The notes beneath the pieces are model-generated. The model had not been told where the DNA came from and ran no database searches. It saw only the letters and a program-made list of their open reading frames with translations. The position numbers and the translations under genes were made by a program. Of a stretch of 64,000 nt of DNA, positions 61,721 to 64,000 are shown piece after piece. Position 1 is the stretch's first letter; each line of letters begins with the position of its first letter. The stretch is from Phoronis australis (Eukaryota; Animalia; Phoronida): contig NMRA01000107.1 in NCBI GenBank assembly GCA_002633005.1, forward strand, positions 787,169 to 851,168, written 5' to 3'.

Positions 61721-61924
61721 TCTTTAAATTTTGATTAAGACTGATTAACGTTATGAAATGGGTATACACTTGTTCCTTAGTCAAAGTAGATGTGATGTCG
61801 GATCTTGGAAAGAACTGGTAGTTAGGTACTTCTCAGATCTAGTTCAAAGCAATTCATAAAATTGTTCTAAAGAAACAATGAATAATTAAATTTCAGTTCT
61901 TCCTGAGCCCAGAGATCACTAACA

Positions 61925-62131
61925 AGCTGGGTAAATAACTAGACAGTACAAACTGGGTAAAGAACGAGACAGTACAAACTGTGTAAAGAACGAGATAGTA
62001 CGAACTGGCAAAAGAACAAGACAGTAGGAACTGGCAAAATAACGAGACAGTACAAACTGGGTAAAGAACGAGACAGTACAAACTGGGTAAAGAACGAGAC
62101 AGTACAAACTGGGTAAAGAACGAGACAGTAT
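61925..62131. repeat. 26-bp minisatellite (AAACTGGGTAAAGAACGAGACAGTAC, ~8 copies)
   Basis: Period 26; last three copies identical. Confidence 0.95.
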
Positions 62132-64000
62132 AAAATTTATAACGGCAGATAACCTTAACCAAAACTTGTTGTTTAAGAAAGCGAAGGTTTTGGCCTATAA
62201 ACAGATACTAAAAACGACTTTCCCGTCCAATTTTCAGAAACAAAACAATGTTCTGTAACTTTCGACAAACCTCAACAGCTTGGAGGAAAATCTAAATACC
62301 CCTTTCAAAGCATGTTAAATGGGCAAGCGTGACCTACATGTACGCTTTTAGCGTATTACACGGCAAATGTGGGAAAAGACCACGCATCAGGGACTATAAT
62401 ATCCTATTTGTGAGATACAGAGTACGAGTTTTCAGTTGATCTCTGCCTTTATCTTTCACGACTGCGGCCAATGATGGATTAGCAGGTGGCAGAACGAAGA
62501 ATTGGTTGGAACTATCCAAAATAGGGTTTAGTATCCCTTTAAGCTTACATGTATGTAGACCCCTAGTAGAATGTCCAACTCTGACAAATCACTTCTCAGA
62601 AATGGTTGGTCGGATTTACATGAAACTTTCAGATACTATGCTTGATGCACTGTTGTCCAAAATATACAAAATATTCCACCTTCATCATTTTCATGAAACG
62701 AATCAAAATTAACAACGAGAACGAAGTGATTCACTTAGAGAACTGCAACGGCATTTTTGATATCATCTTGAACGTTTCTACCCAACGAAATTTGGTTGGA
62801 ATTGATACCGCTATTTTGCAATGGATTCACGTTTCCTTTTTAACTATTTTGATAAAGTCATGGTTACGTGACCCAAATAAATCCAGTTCGGCATAAAGTC
62901 AACCTATAATTTTACATCCTTTCCACTTTTATACAACGTAATATAATGCCTTTACTAATATTTGGCAAAAAACAAACTACTACATTATTAAGTCTTACGT
63001 AATCTTAATGCCACTTTCGAGTGTAACCTTTTATATTCGGCTAAGTAGTCCACGTGCTTCGGTAGCGAGAAGTGGCGTTTTCTTTTTACAAAGAAGCAAA
63101 GTTTTGTTGTTTATCATTTTTGACTGCCGGTGGTTTTTGATTTGTTTGGAAATGAAACTTTGTCAATAGTTTACGAGCACTGATAAAGATTTGTTTTTCA
63201 ACTATCACGTCTAGAGTTTTAATTAACAAAATAAAATTTGACAAAGTTAGGTTATACGACCGCGGCTTTTCCTTTTCATAGAATGAATTTTACTGCGGTT
63301 ATTCTTAAAAAAAAGGACACGCGGCTGCAGAGATATTTGTCCATGTACTCGCATCAACGATGACTAGTTTCGGTGTAACACACGTCACCTCAGATTGATT
63401 TGAATTTTAGCCGTCATATTTGCCGAAGCTCTTATTCAGAAACTTCAACCGATATTATCTGACAAAATAATGACGACCAAAAACAAAATAAACATGTATT
63501 TGAATACAGTGTTAGATACAAAGAATGCCGTCACCAATCTACCAGACACCAATAAAAGTGACCAATCCGACAAGCCTATATCGAGTGTGCGCGTACATGT
63601 ATTTAGGTCCTTAGCCTACGTGCGGCTGTATTCAAAATAATGCGTTTACTTCAAGATGTTTCCTCAAAAGCTTCCAAGTCAATAATCACTTACACGGGTA
63701 CTGTATTTTGAGAATCCATTTGATGCCTGCTAATCTGAGGAAAATGGTTCTCAAAATGCGAGACGGCCCTGTTAGTGACTGCCGCAATACCGCTGTCAAG
63801 TTTGTAGAGATCAGTGCATGGCCACTATGTGTTGCTGCAGTGGTCAAATCTGTCCGAACATACATGTAGGTGCCAGCTCACTGACATCACATACATCTGT
63901 GCCAAGTTTCATTGAACTCTTGAAATCGGTTCATTTGATGTCATTCGATAACGCCCTTAGATGAAATGGCCCAGCAATGATTGAATCCACACAAAAATCT

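Noticed and set aside
61925-62131. CRISPR-like repeat or coding repeat
   Set aside because: Head-to-tail 26-bp units without spacers; period is not a multiple of 3

Overview
Animal (probably marine invertebrate; AT-rich, many TACATGTA motifs; taxon not determinable) genomic DNA. It is dominated by one ~43 kb, intron-rich minus-strand gene that the ORF track misses because its exons are short. I assembled 24 GT-AG exons by hand with consistent phases (ATG at 54261, tentative stop at 10880, ~868 aa). The product is a secreted reprolysin (M12B) zinc metalloprotease of ADAMTS/MIG-17 type: signal peptide, Cys-free prodomain, RERR furin site, HELGHNLGADHD zinc motif with Met-turn, and an 8-Cys ADAMTS disintegrin-like domain. 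There is no thrombospondin repeat. Instead the C-terminus is encoded by an ~11 kb higher-order tandem array (11.6-22.9 kb) of symmetric phase-1 exons: Ser/Thr/Pro-rich linkers (63/81/87 nt) alternate with a 144-nt six-Cys CCxxC (PLAC/ShKT-like) module. Four modules are intact, one is frameshifted but keeps its splice sites, and five are decayed remnants. Introns contain a decayed Gmr1-type Gypsy element (integrase before RT), nested PIF/Harbinger-like non-autonomous elements with 3-bp TSDs, tRNA-derived repeats and microsatellites. A 1.3 kb direct duplication next to an N at 59849 is probably an allelic assembly artefact. All calls come from manual reading; no database searches were run.
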